From positions 19,231,292 to 19,295,291 of the forward strand of contig OZ316898.1 in the NCBI GenBank assembly GCA_973895155.1: a DNA stretch of 64,000 bases, given 5' to 3'. The translations under genes were made by a program, and so were the position numbers. Origin of the DNA: Marsupella aquatica (taxonomy: Eukaryota > Plantae > Marchantiophyta). Below the pieces are notes generated by a model. That model was not told where the DNA came from and ran no database searches. It saw only the letters and a list, made by a program, of their open reading frames with translations. Of this stretch, positions 12,611 to 26,085 are shown in pieces; positions within the stretch are counted from its first letter, which is position 1, and every line of letters begins with the position of its first letter.

Positions 12611-15600
12611 TCATGAAAAAACGTCTTTTTTCGAAACTTCTCATAAAACTCAAAACTCAACACCGCCGCGTAGCCCACAAAGCTAGGAGTCCAATACTGA
12701 AAGCCAAAATCAAAATCAAAATTCGACGGAAAAGTTATTCAAATTTTGGTCGGGGTGGGTAAAACCTTGGGAAACTCCCCCGTTTTGACCACCTCGGAGA
12801 ATAACCGAAATACCCAGTACAACCCATCGTCGGATTCACGATGTGATCGGTGCACCGCGTTGCTAACTCCAGTGGCAACGTCCTCGCCGAAAAAGAACCA
12901 AAAAAGTTACCGTTCGGGGGACGAAATCTTTGTCGGACGGCCGAAAAATAGCTCTCTGTTTTTCGGGAATATTCCCGCACAATACAACAGGTCTCACAGG
13001 GGGCAGTTCCTCCTGTCCAAGCGGTTAAAACGGAGGGCGGCAGGTCCCGACACATGGGACAAACTAATGAGAGGGAAAAAAGGCTAAAAATGGGCACTAA
13101 AGGGGGTGCTTAAGCCCCTTAAAGCCTAAAATACCCCGTAAAGGGCAGGGGGTACGAAGGGCGTATGGCCGGCGTCGGGGCGGGATGAGGGTACAGCCGC
13201 GTACAAGCGGCATAGAGCCGCAAAGGGCTGGGCATACGATGACAGGGCGGTGCCGCGGTAGCGACTGACACAGTATGGCGGAGGGCGTACGAGCGCGCAA
13301 AAAGCGCCGGCCAGTGTTGCGCAGCTCGTCGCCGCGGCTGAAGGATGAGGGGAAAACAAGGTGCGGGGGGGGTCGGGCGTACAAGGGGAAACAATGGGGG
13401 ACCAAGGTCCAGGAGGGTGTGTATACACACCAAAAGTGGCCCTAACCTAAGCCAAGATTTGACTTTAAAACAAAAGAGCCGTTTACACACCTTGAATGCC
13501 GCTGTTTTAAGTGAGGAAAGTGAACGCCGCCGACGGGAAATGTTGCCGAATTGCACCGGCGCAGTCTACTGCTCCAGCAGAATAAAAAAAATTCCATCGC
13601 GTCGCCTTCACTCCGCATCAAGTGCCAATCCCGGGCTCAAAACGACCGCCTCACCACGATCAAACCGTTGAGCCGTAGCACTTCGTGTCTCTTCCACCGA
13701 GTCGGACGTTACAAAGAAAAACCCGGTTCAGATGAGAACAAGCTCCATAGCTTGTGAAAAAAAACCTGAACGCCTCCGTCACTCGTCACGTCGCACTCGG
13801 TAACAACTCGGCAGCAATCCAGCTACCGAAACGATCAGCTTTGCCCGATCTACGATTTGAGCTAAAGGTTGTGACGCCTCGCGCACCACAAAGCTCACAC
13901 CGTCGAGAAAACGATCTCAGTTCCCCCCCAAAAGAACCGTCGAAGAAAACCATCGTACACGAATCACAAAAAATAATCCAGAACGATGGAAACGTGAATT
14001 CCTCCGGACCATGAACTTTGTTCAGAGATTTCTTTGCACCATCGGAAAGCCCTTGCCCCGATCTATCCGTTGAGCCCAACACCTCCAAGTTCCATGCGAC
14101 AGAACTCCGTGAAATCCACCGACTCTAACCGCTGGAAAAACCGTCACCAACACGTCACGAAAATTTTGATCACCTCAACGTCACCTCCCAAGCTTGCTCT
14201 GATACCACTTGTTGAGCATAGACGACATTCGTAACGGCAAGCCCATGAACCATCCAACGCACAATAGTCGACACAGAGAGATACGTGGTTCACCTCCACA
14301 TGAGGCTACGTCCACGGGAACACACAAGAGCTTTACTGCACTCTAGGCCGACCGGCCATACCAAGCACCCACAGCACAAGCTCTTCCTATCTCTTAACTA
14401 GCTCCATAACAATGAGCCTTTGTTCCACTAGGGTCTGGCATCAGCCCTGGCTATATGCACAACAGCACTACCGTTAACCTTAGCTAGGTCCTAACCTGAG
14501 TTAGTCTAACTGTGGTTAACACAAGAGTCACAAGACTAGAGCAATATCTAACAATTCACACCAAACATAATTCACTTGTTCTTTATTCCTTCCATCTCTT
14601 TGCAGTTTTAGTTTTTTTCACCCAAAAAGCCACTTCAAATTTGAATGATTACCACTTACTTTTCATTCACATTCACACCGAATACAATTCACTTGTTATT
14701 TATTCCTTCCACTTTTCTGTTATTTTCACCCAAAAAGCCACTCAAAATTTGAATGACGACCCCTCATGAAAAGGCGAAACATTGTATTATAGTTTGTGAT
14801 AAACTGTACTACAGACAACCTTTTATGCTGTATTTAATGTATACAATTAACAAATAGGGTACCTGTTGGAGATGCAAGAGTCAAGTATTTCCTGATTGAG
14901 ATGCCATCCCTACAGACTGACATAACTGATTATAGAAAGACTTCTACCAAGCACATTATCATTTTAAAAATTATTGTTAGTAGTTAAACGAAAAGATACT
15001 TTAGCATTCATTTGCACAAGCCAAATGACACTGGGTCAAATCGAAAGGTCTTATTGGTGAACTGTACATTGTAGTTGCTTAGAACACCTCCTTTGTCTAC
15101 TGAACTCTTTGGGAACGTATAGCCCTTCCATTGGTCGTAGGCTTAAAATCTAAACTTTAGGCTGAAAATGGACGTCCACTCATTCTTGTAAAGCCCTCCT
15201 CGTACCTTGGTATCAATAAATTACACTTGAGCATCACGTTCTACACGCCTTACAATATCCATTTCAATTACACTCATCGCTGTAAAGCCCTTCTCATACC
15301 CAGCCATAGGCTAGTATCATTAAATAAATTATACATGAACGTCACGTTTGACCCGCCTTACAAGAAACCATTCCAACACTTTTTACGAACAGTATTTAGT
15401 CTCCCACACTCTATTTAGTGTGAGATTATGTTTAGGGTAGGGGAAGGTAAATAGTGTATGTGAATTTGTCTTGTAGAGTTTGATACTAATTACGAGCACA
15501 AGTCAAATAATCTCACACACATTTATTCTAAAGAGCAGAATAGGAAATAGTTAAAATTTCCATATGGAAATAGTAACAATGTGCACATTACATAGCTAGG

Positions 15601-15869
15601 GTTTCAAAATTCTCATATACTACGTACTGGAACATACCTGTATCAAGCAAACTTCTGAATTCATAACCTGTGTGTTATTGAACAAAAACATTTCCAATTT
15701 GGGGCTTGCTGGAAAGATTTGTTTGACTCTCTTCTATCAGACAATCGATAACACATGTAGTCAAGATAACCCTTGTAGCCAAGATAACACCATACCCCAT
15801 GTAGGAAGCTACCTTGTGGATGTGATTATTTTATAGGACCATTCCTGACACATGCTTCGCATGTAAGCA

Positions 15870-18800
15870 ACATGGGCACATTCATTGCTCGATACTGCAC
15901 CAACACTAAGCAAAAGGAGGGAAAGGAAACAGCCAATGACACACAACAACATCTGAGGCTAGGGCTACGAATCCCAACGCTGGTGACCGCAGAGAGAGCT
16001 GTCGACTCAGAGGGATTCACTATGGTGGTGGGCAAAGGAGTGCACAGAGCAACGAAGGGCACAGAAGGCAACACCACTGGCAACGTGAACGACAACAACC
16101 CATTTGGGGCACTGGACCAGGCAGAAGAGATGGAAGAAGGAGAGGTGGACACAACATCTCTGCCTCTGTCAGCATGATATCAATGTTAGTAAGAACGTGA
16201 CAGAAGGAACAAACAAACCAAACGCCATAGCTGGAGACGACCCCGGACGATGCCACTCTAACCAACAAAGCTGAACATCTTAGCAATCCAAGTTTGACTA
16301 CCAGCACCACTGGGGAACAAGAGATACGTGACCCGATGGAAACAGAGGCAATTAAAAATTCCAGGAAAGCCGAGGCATAGCCCAGCCGGGGATGGGAGAC
16401 AGGGAAATTAGGCTCCCCAACGAGAAGGGAATCGACTTCCAGAAACAACCTGAACCCAGGAACGACACCAACCTTTGCCAGCGACAAGCAAATGGAGGAA
16501 GTACTGCCAGAGGAGATTCCTTACAATATGGCTGGCACCTGAGGGGGAGCCGAAGGTAAAGCAAGAAGCATTCATTCGGGGGGCGGTCGCTTGAGCAATG
16601 ATTCCACGAGGAACCAGCGCTGGAGTGAGCCAAACCAGTCGGGGAACGGTACAGATACAAGGAGACCAAACGGTGATAGAGAAAGCTGGTGCTCCCCAAA
16701 TGGGAACTAAGTAAACATTAGATGTTGATGAATGACAAATTAACTGTTTGACAGTGGAAGGTCAGGGGACTCAATGACCCCTGGAATTGAAGCAGAGTGG
16801 AAGATGGCGCAGAAGGAACCCACATGAAAACTCAATTCTAAGCATACATGAACTGAAGGTACGTGAAAGAAGACAGAGCCCAATTTCAACTGCGGGTTTT
16901 CGAGAGAGATGCTACCATTCTACTGAACAATGATACGAATGGCCGGGTGGGGACGGCACTGCTGATTCCTGCTTCTGTGCAAATAGCATGGTTGTAAAGG
17001 GGATGGCACCTTTGTGTGGACAAAGATACAGACCGTTGTTGGAGAAATCTACATTGGCTCAATTTATGCACCAAACGAAAGACGAGAACGCAGCAACCTT
17101 TGGAAATGGCTCAAACTGCAGCTCCCTAAATTGAATTGGCTATGCGGAGATTGGAAACATGACCAAACTCTGGGACAATGTGATTGGGCGGCATGCTTTC
17201 ATGCACGGATACCACACCAGGGCTTGGAATAAACTGGTGGATCGACTAGACTTGGTTGACAATTACCTATGTGCTGGGACCAGAATAGGGCTGATCTATA
17301 CACGACAAGGGGCTCACGCAACTTGCTTTGACCAGTCAAGGCTGGATTGGAGCAATCAAAACAACTGGTGCGAGTATGTGAAATTATGTGTGCATGATGG
17401 TAGGGAGACTCTCTCTCACCATATCCTGGTTTTGAATACCCTGGTCCTGACAGTCAGGTCCTTCCATGCCAAAGGAAATCCACATTTTTTGCAAAATGGA
17501 TGCGAGTATCATTGACACACCGGACATGGAACAAGCTCAGATGGAAGAAATCTGAGGCCATTGCATGATAAAAGAGAGGGATCTGAGAGTGAACTGGGAC
17601 CTCGCTTTGGGGGGGGGGGGGAGGGCGGGGCATTAAGAAATTTCTGCAAGCGGAGAAGAAGAGACGACAAGGCAATTGTAATTTACACCACCCTGGGAAT
17701 GAGCTACAGGAGCTGAGAATCACTGCCGGCATCTCCCCCACACTGCAAACACGAATGATGTGAGGCAGGAAACTGAACGTGCAAGAAAGAATGCATATGA
17801 GGAAGCTGCCAAACTCAGGATGAAGAGCAAAATTGATTCAGATGGTTGCAGCTGGGTGAGGCGCCCATGAGGTATTTCTTCAACGAACTCAAAGTGAAGC
17901 ACGCCAATTGCAAGGAAAGCATCTAACGACTTAAACTTGCAATGGGAGAGATCAGTGAAGACGAGGACCAGACACTACAAGAGATAACCAAATTCTATAA
18001 TTTGGACCTCTATGCTAGGGACCCACTTCTCCCTAACAACAATGAGTCCCAGAAGGGGCTCCAGGACCTTATTAACTTCAAGGTTACACAGGTGGAGAAT
18101 CAGGCTCTTGCCACTGAACCTACTGAGGAGGAAATTGAAAAAATTGTTCAAGCTCTACCAAAGGATAAGGCCCCATGAAGAATGCCTGCATTGCCATGGT
18201 TGGCACATTTTGGAAGGACAGAACACTGTCTATGCGTGCTTCTGCTCGAGTTATTAAACTCATTTCAAAAAATCTGGATGTCTTAGATCTTAGCAATTGG
18301 AGACCACTCACGATGCTCACTCTGACTGAGAAACTGATAGCCAAGCTCCTGGCTAGCCAACAGGATTAAGTTGGTTGCCAGCAAGCTCATTGATCACCAG
18401 CAGTCTGGATTCTTGGCAGGCAGAGATATTCTCCACAACATCATGACATTCAAGATTGCGCAGGAGTTTGCAACTATTCAAAAGAAGCCACTTCTCTTCC
18501 TGAAATTGGACTTCACCAAAGCCTATTACAGGGTTGAGCACTCACTTCTATATATGGACGGTCCTCAGAGCTATGAATTTTGATGATACATTGATCAAAC
18601 TCATTCGGGGGCTGGTTGAAGGCACTCAATCAACGGTGCACATCAACGGCCAATTCACCAACCCAATCACACTTGGCAGAGGAGTCAAGCAAGGATGTCC
18701 CCTCTCCTCTCCCCTATTTGTTCTTCTTGAGTATTGCTCTTAGTCTTGTGACTCTAGGGCTAACTGCAGTTAGGTTAACTCAGGTTAGGACTTAGCTAAG

Positions 18801-19400
18801 GTTAGCAGTGATGCATGTTGTATATAACCAAGGCTGATGCCAGCCCCTGGTGGATCTTCAGTTCATTGCTACAGTGGAGCAAGCGAGAAATAAATTTCCC
18901 GTGGACGTAGCCTCAATCTGGAGGTGAACCACGTACTTGCTGTGTCGACTACTTTGTATGGTATTTACATATGCATGGTGTCTCGGGATAAGGATAATAC
19001 CCAACAGTCCTTACTACTCAGCTGTTGATGGCCCTGGTATAAAAAAAGCTCTGACTAGGATGGAAGCTTGAAAGGTCTGCAGAGTCAAGAGGGCAGCCAA
19101 TTCTATCACCAACTGTTTGCAGATGAAGCGAGAATGTTTCTTGATGCCACACTCCAAGAATTCCAAACTGCTAGGGACACTATACAAATATACAAAACCA
19201 TGTCTGGAGCTCTCCTCAACGTGCAAAAATCCAAGATCATTCCGTTGTATCTTGTGGATGGACTATATCATGGACGACTCAGTGATACTAGATGCAGAGT
19301 TGTGCAACCTAGTGAAATCATGGAGTACCTTGGCTGCCCTATTGGCTATAAGGTCTGACAATCGCATGCAACTGGATTTCTCTTGGGGAAAGCGAGGAAG
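15870..19400 (+). mobile_element. Decayed L1-type LINE (ORF1 remnant, endonuclease, RT)
   Basis: A WxVRGLND-like endonuclease start near 16755, then SIYAPN, NWRPLTML, KLDFTKAY, RGVKQGCPLS, LFADE and YLGCPIG motifs across frameshifted fragments. Confidence 0.9.
18725..19006 (+). mobile_element. Solo LTR of a family-A-related copia inside the LINE RT
   Basis: Similar to the family-A LTR (gtattgctcttagtcttgtgactc...gtggacgtagcctca...ccaaca). TSD GTTCT/GTCCT. Removal restores PLFVLTTQ in the LINE frame. Confidence 0.85.
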
Positions 19401-19537
19401 AACACAATTTCGGACCGATCGAGAAGTGTGACACACTTCTCGTTTAGCCCGATTCTGTTTTTTTTCTAAGGCAATGCAATCTTCGATAAAACAGTCAAAA
19501 ATTTGAAAAAAATCAGTTGCCTACATTGCATTGCCGC

Positions 19538-20250
19538 TGTTGAGCATAAACGACATTCGCAACGGCAAGCCCATGAACCATCCAACGCACAAGAGTCGAC
19601 ACACAGAGATACGTGGTTCACCTCCACATGAGGCTACGTCCACGGGAACACACAAGAGCTTTACTGCACTCTAGGCCGACCGGCCATACCAAGCATCCAC
19701 AACACAAGCTCTCCCTATCTCTCAACTAGCTCCGTAACAATGAGCCTAAGTTTCACCAGGGTCTGGCATCAGCCCTGGCTATATGCACAATAGCACTACC
19801 GCTAACATTAGCTAAGTCCTAACCCGAGTTAGACTAACTGTGGTTAGCTCATGAGTCACAAGACTAGAGCAATATCTAACAAACTCCCCCTTGACTCTTG
19901 TCTTGGGGACTGGACTAAATGCTACCATATGTAATCCTCAGCGGGAAGTTCTAGACAATCACCAAACCAGGTCTCCCCCTAAAAACCACAAGGGTTAACT
20001 AAGGGTTAGCTAGAACTAAGCCGTAGCCAAACAGGAATGAGTAATCCATATACAAATAGGCACACATTGTTAAATAACTCTACTTGCACTACAACTGCAA
20101 AACCTGCAAAGTAGCACGGTGTCTTGAGAAACTCTCCAAAAGAATCACTTTGGTAAAAGCATCAGCGGAATTTAGCTTTCCATCAATCTTGACTAGCTCA
20201 AAAGTTTTATCAGACACTCCTTGCCTGATAAAATGGTACCTGATATCAAT
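19538..20250 (-). mobile_element. Copia family A copy 2: 3' LTR (19538-19881), PPT and RNaseH tail, truncated at 20250
   Basis: Near-identical to 5359-6060. The left flank is GCCGC (19533-19537). Confidence 0.92.
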
Positions 20251-23200
20251 AACACAGTGACGGACCAAACGAGAAGTGTGTTTTCAATTTTGCAAAAAAT
20301 GGCAAAAAATCACTAAAATTAAGATCAAAAACGTTATTTTGAGGATGAATCCAAAATCGCATCCAACATCGGATTTCAAATCGAGATACTGTCGACACAA
20401 AAACAAAGAATTGTTACAATCCAAAATTCCGATACACTTCATCTAACAAAAGGGCAAATTCCAAAACCTAGAAAAACAATGCTTTTCACGTGATCCTCTA
20501 AAAGCTAAATCCGAGAGTCAAACAAAATGAAGAAAACACAAGATTTCATTTTCGCCTTCAAAATGGCAAACTGAAAATGGGATACGACGTTTGAACGTGG
20601 ATGAAAACCGCACCAAATCATTCTCTTGACGCTTCCATTTAACCTCGGGTTAAAAATATTTGAATTTTTAACGGTGGTAAACCGAAAAACTGTGAAAAAC
20701 TAACCGCGGAGTACAATCGACCCACACATGTTCGGAATTTTTTTAGCCCATAACGCATGATGAATACGAGATGGGATCCAAGTATCCACTCTCGTATTCA
20801 ACCTCAATGTTTTCCACCTGCAACTTTGCATCAGGAGATCTTTCGACACAAATACCAACTGAGATCCATGGATCCCATTTTTTTCGCAAGTCCAAAAACT
20901 CATCAGGAAAATAGGAGGATAAATACCAGATGGGATCCTCAAGTTAAACTTCAGCAGCACTATTCCTCGATTGGAACTGATTCTTGGAACTCGGTGAGAG
21001 AAATCCATCAGGTTTTGAACGATACCATTTCCTTAGCCATAAATGATTGCATTATCAAAGAACCTTATTACAAGCTAGCCAACATCGGAACTTCCAGTTG
21101 CAGCATTGATCAATCATGGAGAAATTACATTTCAAAGCTCTCGCGATCGATGGCGCAAATTACTTGTCTTGGTCTTTAGATGTGGAGGCACATCTAGCAT
21201 CTAAAGACCTGCAAGACACAACCTTAACCGATGCAGGTACTACATTACAACAGAAGGCTCAGGCCTTGATTCTAATCAGGCACCATCTCGCTGAACCGCT
21301 TAAGACTCAATATCTCAATCACTACAACCCAAGGGTCCTCTGGGACGAACTACAATTACGCTTCGATCATATGCGGACCATATCACTCCCGACAGCCCGC
21401 CACGATTGGATAAACCTGCGAGTACAAGATTACAGCACAATTGCGAGTTATAACAGCGAACTGTTCCGAATTACCTCCCAATTAGCTATCTGCAGAAATC
21501 CAGTGGATGATGAAGAGCAGATCGAAAAGACTCTGTCCACTTTTCATGTAACTAACATAGTTCTTGCCTCTCAATATCGAAACATGAATTTCACGCGATA
21601 TTCTCAATTGATATCACATATGCTCCTCGCTGAGAAGCATCAGATAGTACTGCTCAACAATGCTAAGACAAGACCACCAGGGAGTGCAGCCCCTCCAGCC
21701 AGACCAGAAACTCATCTTATGGCCTCAAGATTCCGGGGACGCGGACGTGGCAACTTCAGGGGGAGCCGAGGACGTTCATTTGGAAGAGGAACTTACCAAG
21801 GATACAGAGGCAGTGGGAGCTTCCGACAACAATCCCAAGAATTCCAGCGAGACCCCACTTGGAATCAACGCGGAGGTGGCGGACGGAATCGAGGAAGAGG
21901 CTACCAAGCACAACCAAGAGATAAGTTTATTACACCCTCTTGTTTCCAATGCGGTACAAAAGGACATTTACAAAAAGAATGTCGGGCTCCTGCACACTTG
22001 GTCAAGCTCTATAAAGAAAGTATAAACAGGCAAACAGAAGATGCACAAGGCAATTTTATGGAAATTCCTGAGGACATACATGCTTATACACAAGATACAC
22101 CCCTTCCAGAAACCCACGTTGCTCATATGGATGCACAATCACAAGGCAAATTAACACCATCTAATTGCATAGTAGATAGTGGGACCTCCCACTCCATCCT
22201 AAGAAATCGACATTTTTTTCGAACAATTACAGCTTCTCACAGAGCCATAACTACCATCACAGGACAGAATCATATTGAGGAAGGGCATGGCCCCGCATCA
22301 CTTTGTTTCCCCCAGGGCACAGTAATCAACATCACCTCGGCAATATACGCACCTAAAGCCACACGAAATTTAATTAGTTTCCGAGACATAAGAGCTAACA
22401 ACTTTCACATATATACAAGCAAGACCAATGAGGGTGAAGTCCTACACATTATTGACCATTCTCCACCTGGAATGAAAATCTGTGAAACCTTGCCTATCCA
22501 CCCTCCCGGGTTATACATCACCACCATACACGCATTACATGTAGAAATAGTTCCTCTAACTCCCACAGAGCGCTGGCACAATCGGCTAGGCCACCCTGGT
22601 ACCAACATGTACCATAATATAATCCGGGATACGATAGGCATACCCCAAGGGGTGCGCCCATCATCTCTGAAGAGCCCCTATCTTGCGTGTTCACAGGGAA
22701 AGTTAATCACCAGACCAGCCACATCTAAAACAATTCACTCCATTCCTAAATTCCTCGAACGGCTTCATGCTGACGTATGTGGCCCGATTGACCCGCCATC
22801 TGGTCCATTCCGGTTTTTCTTGGCCATTATTGATGCTTCATCAAAATGGTCCCAAGTTTCACTGATCTCGACCCGGAACCTAGTATTCCCACGAATTTTA
22901 TCACACATCCTCAAGTTAAAGCTACAGTTCCCTGACAATCCAATAAAGACACTCAGGGTTGATAATGCCGGGGAGTTCACGTCGAGAACATTCGATGATT
23001 TTTGTGAGACTGCCGGCATAGAAACCCAATATTTGGTACCGCATGTTCATTTTCAGAACGGCATAGCAGAATATCTCATTAAAAGACTGCAAATGATAGC
23101 TCGGCCACTCCTCATGCAAACACAGCTTCCTCCTACAGCATGGGGACATGCAATATTGCATGTAGCTGCTCTCCTAAAATATAGACCTTCCGCATTTAAT

Positions 23201-26085
23201 ACCCATACTCCGCATTACCTTGCATTTGGTATACCACCTAACATTTCTCACTTGCGAACGTTTGGGTGTTTAGTCCTTGTCCCTATCCTAGGCCCAAAAC
23301 GCACCAAGATGGGCCCCCAGCGCCAACGAGGGATTTATGTTGGTTTTGACTCGCCCTCCATTATTCGGTTCCTGGAACCATCCACAACAGATGTGTTCAA
23401 GGCTAGATTCCTTGATTGTACCTTTTTCGAAGACAAATTTCTGAAACTAACTACACATCCATCCGATGAGAATGGCAGAAAACAATTATTACAATGGCAG
23501 ACCATCCTATCGGTGGGACTTGATCCACGTACTAGACAAGCTGATGCAGAAGTCAGACGCATATTACATCTCCATCAGATGCTGGAAAAGCTCCCGGACG
23601 CTTTTAATGATGCAGCTGAAGTAACTCGTTCACACACAGAGGCGGCCAATGCTCCAGCCTGAATACTAATACCAGACCAACTTGCCATTGAAGCTGCCCC
23701 AAGAGCAAAACGAGGTCGACCACTGGGCTCTAGAGACAGCCAACCTCGCCAACGACGACCACCAGCTAACCCAACGAATGTGCCACCTCCACCGGTACCA
23801 TCTACCCACTCTCTCACTCAGCCAGAAGAAAATCAAGAAATATCCATCAATTATATGCATACTGGTCGATTATGGCATCGAAAGGATACAATTATAGATG
23901 ATATATTTGCATTCGATATATCTCAGGATATCACCAATGACACCCCAGATCCCTTGTCAGTCCATGACGCACAGCAGCGGCCTGATTGGCCCCAGTGGGA
24001 GATAGCACTCAATTCTGAATTGGACTCATTAATTCAACGAGAAGTCTTTGGTCCGGTCATTCCTGCCCCTTTACACACATCACTTATCGGATATAAATTC
24101 ATTTTCACACGGAAAAGAAACGCTCAAGGAGAGGTAATTCAGTACAAAGCACGACTGGTTGCTAAAGGCTATACGCAAATCCCAGAACGTGACTTTGACC
24201 TTACTTACTCACCTGTGATGGATTCGATAACTTATAGATACATGATAGCGTTTGCACTTACGCACAAATTGACACTAAACATACTAGATGTCATCACAGC
24301 CTACCTTTATGGCATATTGGACACTACAATCTACATGAAGGCTCCTCCTGAGTTAATCACACGAATGACATTTCGAATTCAGGGGGAGAATAAACATAAT
24401 ACAAACCCTGATCTACAATCAGGGTTAACAAGGAAAACTCCTATAGAGTACCTTCTAAAGCATGCACATGAAAACGAACCTTCAGTTCTTCATGAATTAC
24501 AGGTGCCGAGTGCACATCAAGCGAGAAGTCGACTTCCCAGATCTGCTATACAGACAAAACAATTGGCAGTCCAAGTACTGCGATCCCTATATGGGCTCAA
24601 ACAAAGTGGCCGAACCTGGTATAAAAGATTTAAGGCAGAGATGCTAGCTCTGAACTTCGTCAATAACGACATTGCTCCCTGTCTTTTTCTTAAACAACAT
24701 GACATAGATTACATAATCGTCGCTATTTATGTAGACGATATTAACATCTTCGGTACACCTACAATAGTTAAAGAAACAATGCCAACATTGAAAACAACAT
24801 TTCAAATGCGAGATCTAGGAGAACCCAAGTACTATCTTGGACTTCAATTTGACTATGTGCAGGGCGGCATACTTATTAATCAAGCGACTTATGCAAGAAA
24901 TATTGTAAAGCAGTTCAACATGGATAAAGCTCATCCAGTGAGCACTCCAATGGAACTGAGATCTCTGGACCCGAATCGAGATACATTCAAGAAATGCACA
25001 GAAACAGAGCAGATACTTGGAGCAGAAAAACCCTATCTTTCAGCAATTGGTGCGCTCATGTACTTAGCGAATCACACACGCCCTGACATTTCATTCGCTG
25101 TTAATCTTCTTGCTCGTCATAGTTCGCAACCAACAATAAGACACTGGAATGGCGTAAAGCGAATTTTTCGATACATACAGGGCACACTTGACTTGGGATT
25201 GTTCTTTCCCAACGATGCTCCTTCTGAACTCATCGGATTTGCTGATGCTGGATACCTTTCGGACCCGGATGACGCTAAATCGCAAACCGGGTATGTATTT
25301 CTCCAAGGCAGCACCGCGATATCTTGGCGAAGCTCCAAACAGACCCTCACGACAACGTCCTTGAACCATGCAGAAATCATTGCCCTTTACGAAGCAAGTC
25401 GTGAGTGTATCTGGCTCAGGCAGCTCATTGATCACATTAATCAGCATACAGGTCGTCCACTTCTCAACGCTCCAACAACTATCTACGAGGACAATCGCCC
25501 TTGCGTCGATCAAGTTACACAAGGCTTTATCAAAGGAGATCGGATAAAGCACATTGCCCCCAAATTTTTCTACACTCACGAACAGCATGGCGATCAGATT
25601 CAAGTTCATTGGATTGCAAGTAAAGATAATCGCGCAGATCTCTTCACTAAGCCCCTCCCACCTTCAGTTCACCACGATCACACACATGGTATCGGGATGC
25701 GTCGTCTATCTACTCTACTACAAACTCAAAGCTAGAACTAAAACTCTCGAAACTGCACGAAACTTTCACTATAAAGTTCTCATTAGATTACCCTAAATGT
25801 ATTTTTCCCCTTACGCTTGAGCAATATTTCGATGACCTTATTACTTGTACAGTAGTGGCACTCTTTCTTTCAGAAGAAAGCGGGAAAGTTTTAATGAGGC
25901 CATACTACTTATAAGGATCAAATAATTAACACTTAGAGTTACAATCTCCATAGAGTGGTTCTTTTTCTAATCACTTTAAAGAACCAAGGGGGAGTGTTAT
26001 AAGATGTAGATTACACTCTAAGTGACAATTAGGAGTTAGGGCAGTTACATAACTGCCCATCGATGTAACCCATATGTTCTTACAC
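20251..26085 (+). mobile_element. Bianca-lineage Ty1/copia retrotransposon lacking its 5' LTR
   Basis: The gag start LHFKALAIDGANYLSWSLDVEAHL is Bianca-like. PPT aagggggag at 25986-25994 is followed by an LTR start TGTTAT at 25995. No upstream copy of this LTR was seen. The right boundary is approximate. Confidence 0.88.
21116..25735 (+). pseudogene. Bianca-type gag-pol polyprotein with one premature stop (23660-23662)
   Basis: The 848-aa and 651-aa ORFs are in the same frame, separated by one TGA in ANAPA*ILIP (probably CGA>TGA). Motifs CFQCGTKGHLQKEC, VDSGTSH, HADVCGP, YVDDI and ADLFTKPL are present. Confidence 0.93.

Larger units (their letters stand above)
5359..14553 (-). mobile_element. 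Full-length Ty1/copia LTR retrotransposon (family A, copy 1), inactivated
   Basis: 344-bp LTRs at 5359-5702 and 14210-14553 (TG...CA, about 6 transitions between them). TSD ATTCA at 5354-5358 and 14554-14558. tRNA-iMet PBS at 14196-14207 and PPT next to 5703. Domain order is gag (CWNCGKPGHMKRDC), PR (WILDSAC), INT (HSDVWGP), RT (YVDDM), RNaseH. Confidence 0.97.

Noticed and set aside
12735-14234. Several 60-145 aa ORFs in GC-rich DNA
   Set aside because: They lie in the copia 5' leader, overlap on both strands and show no recognisable motifs.
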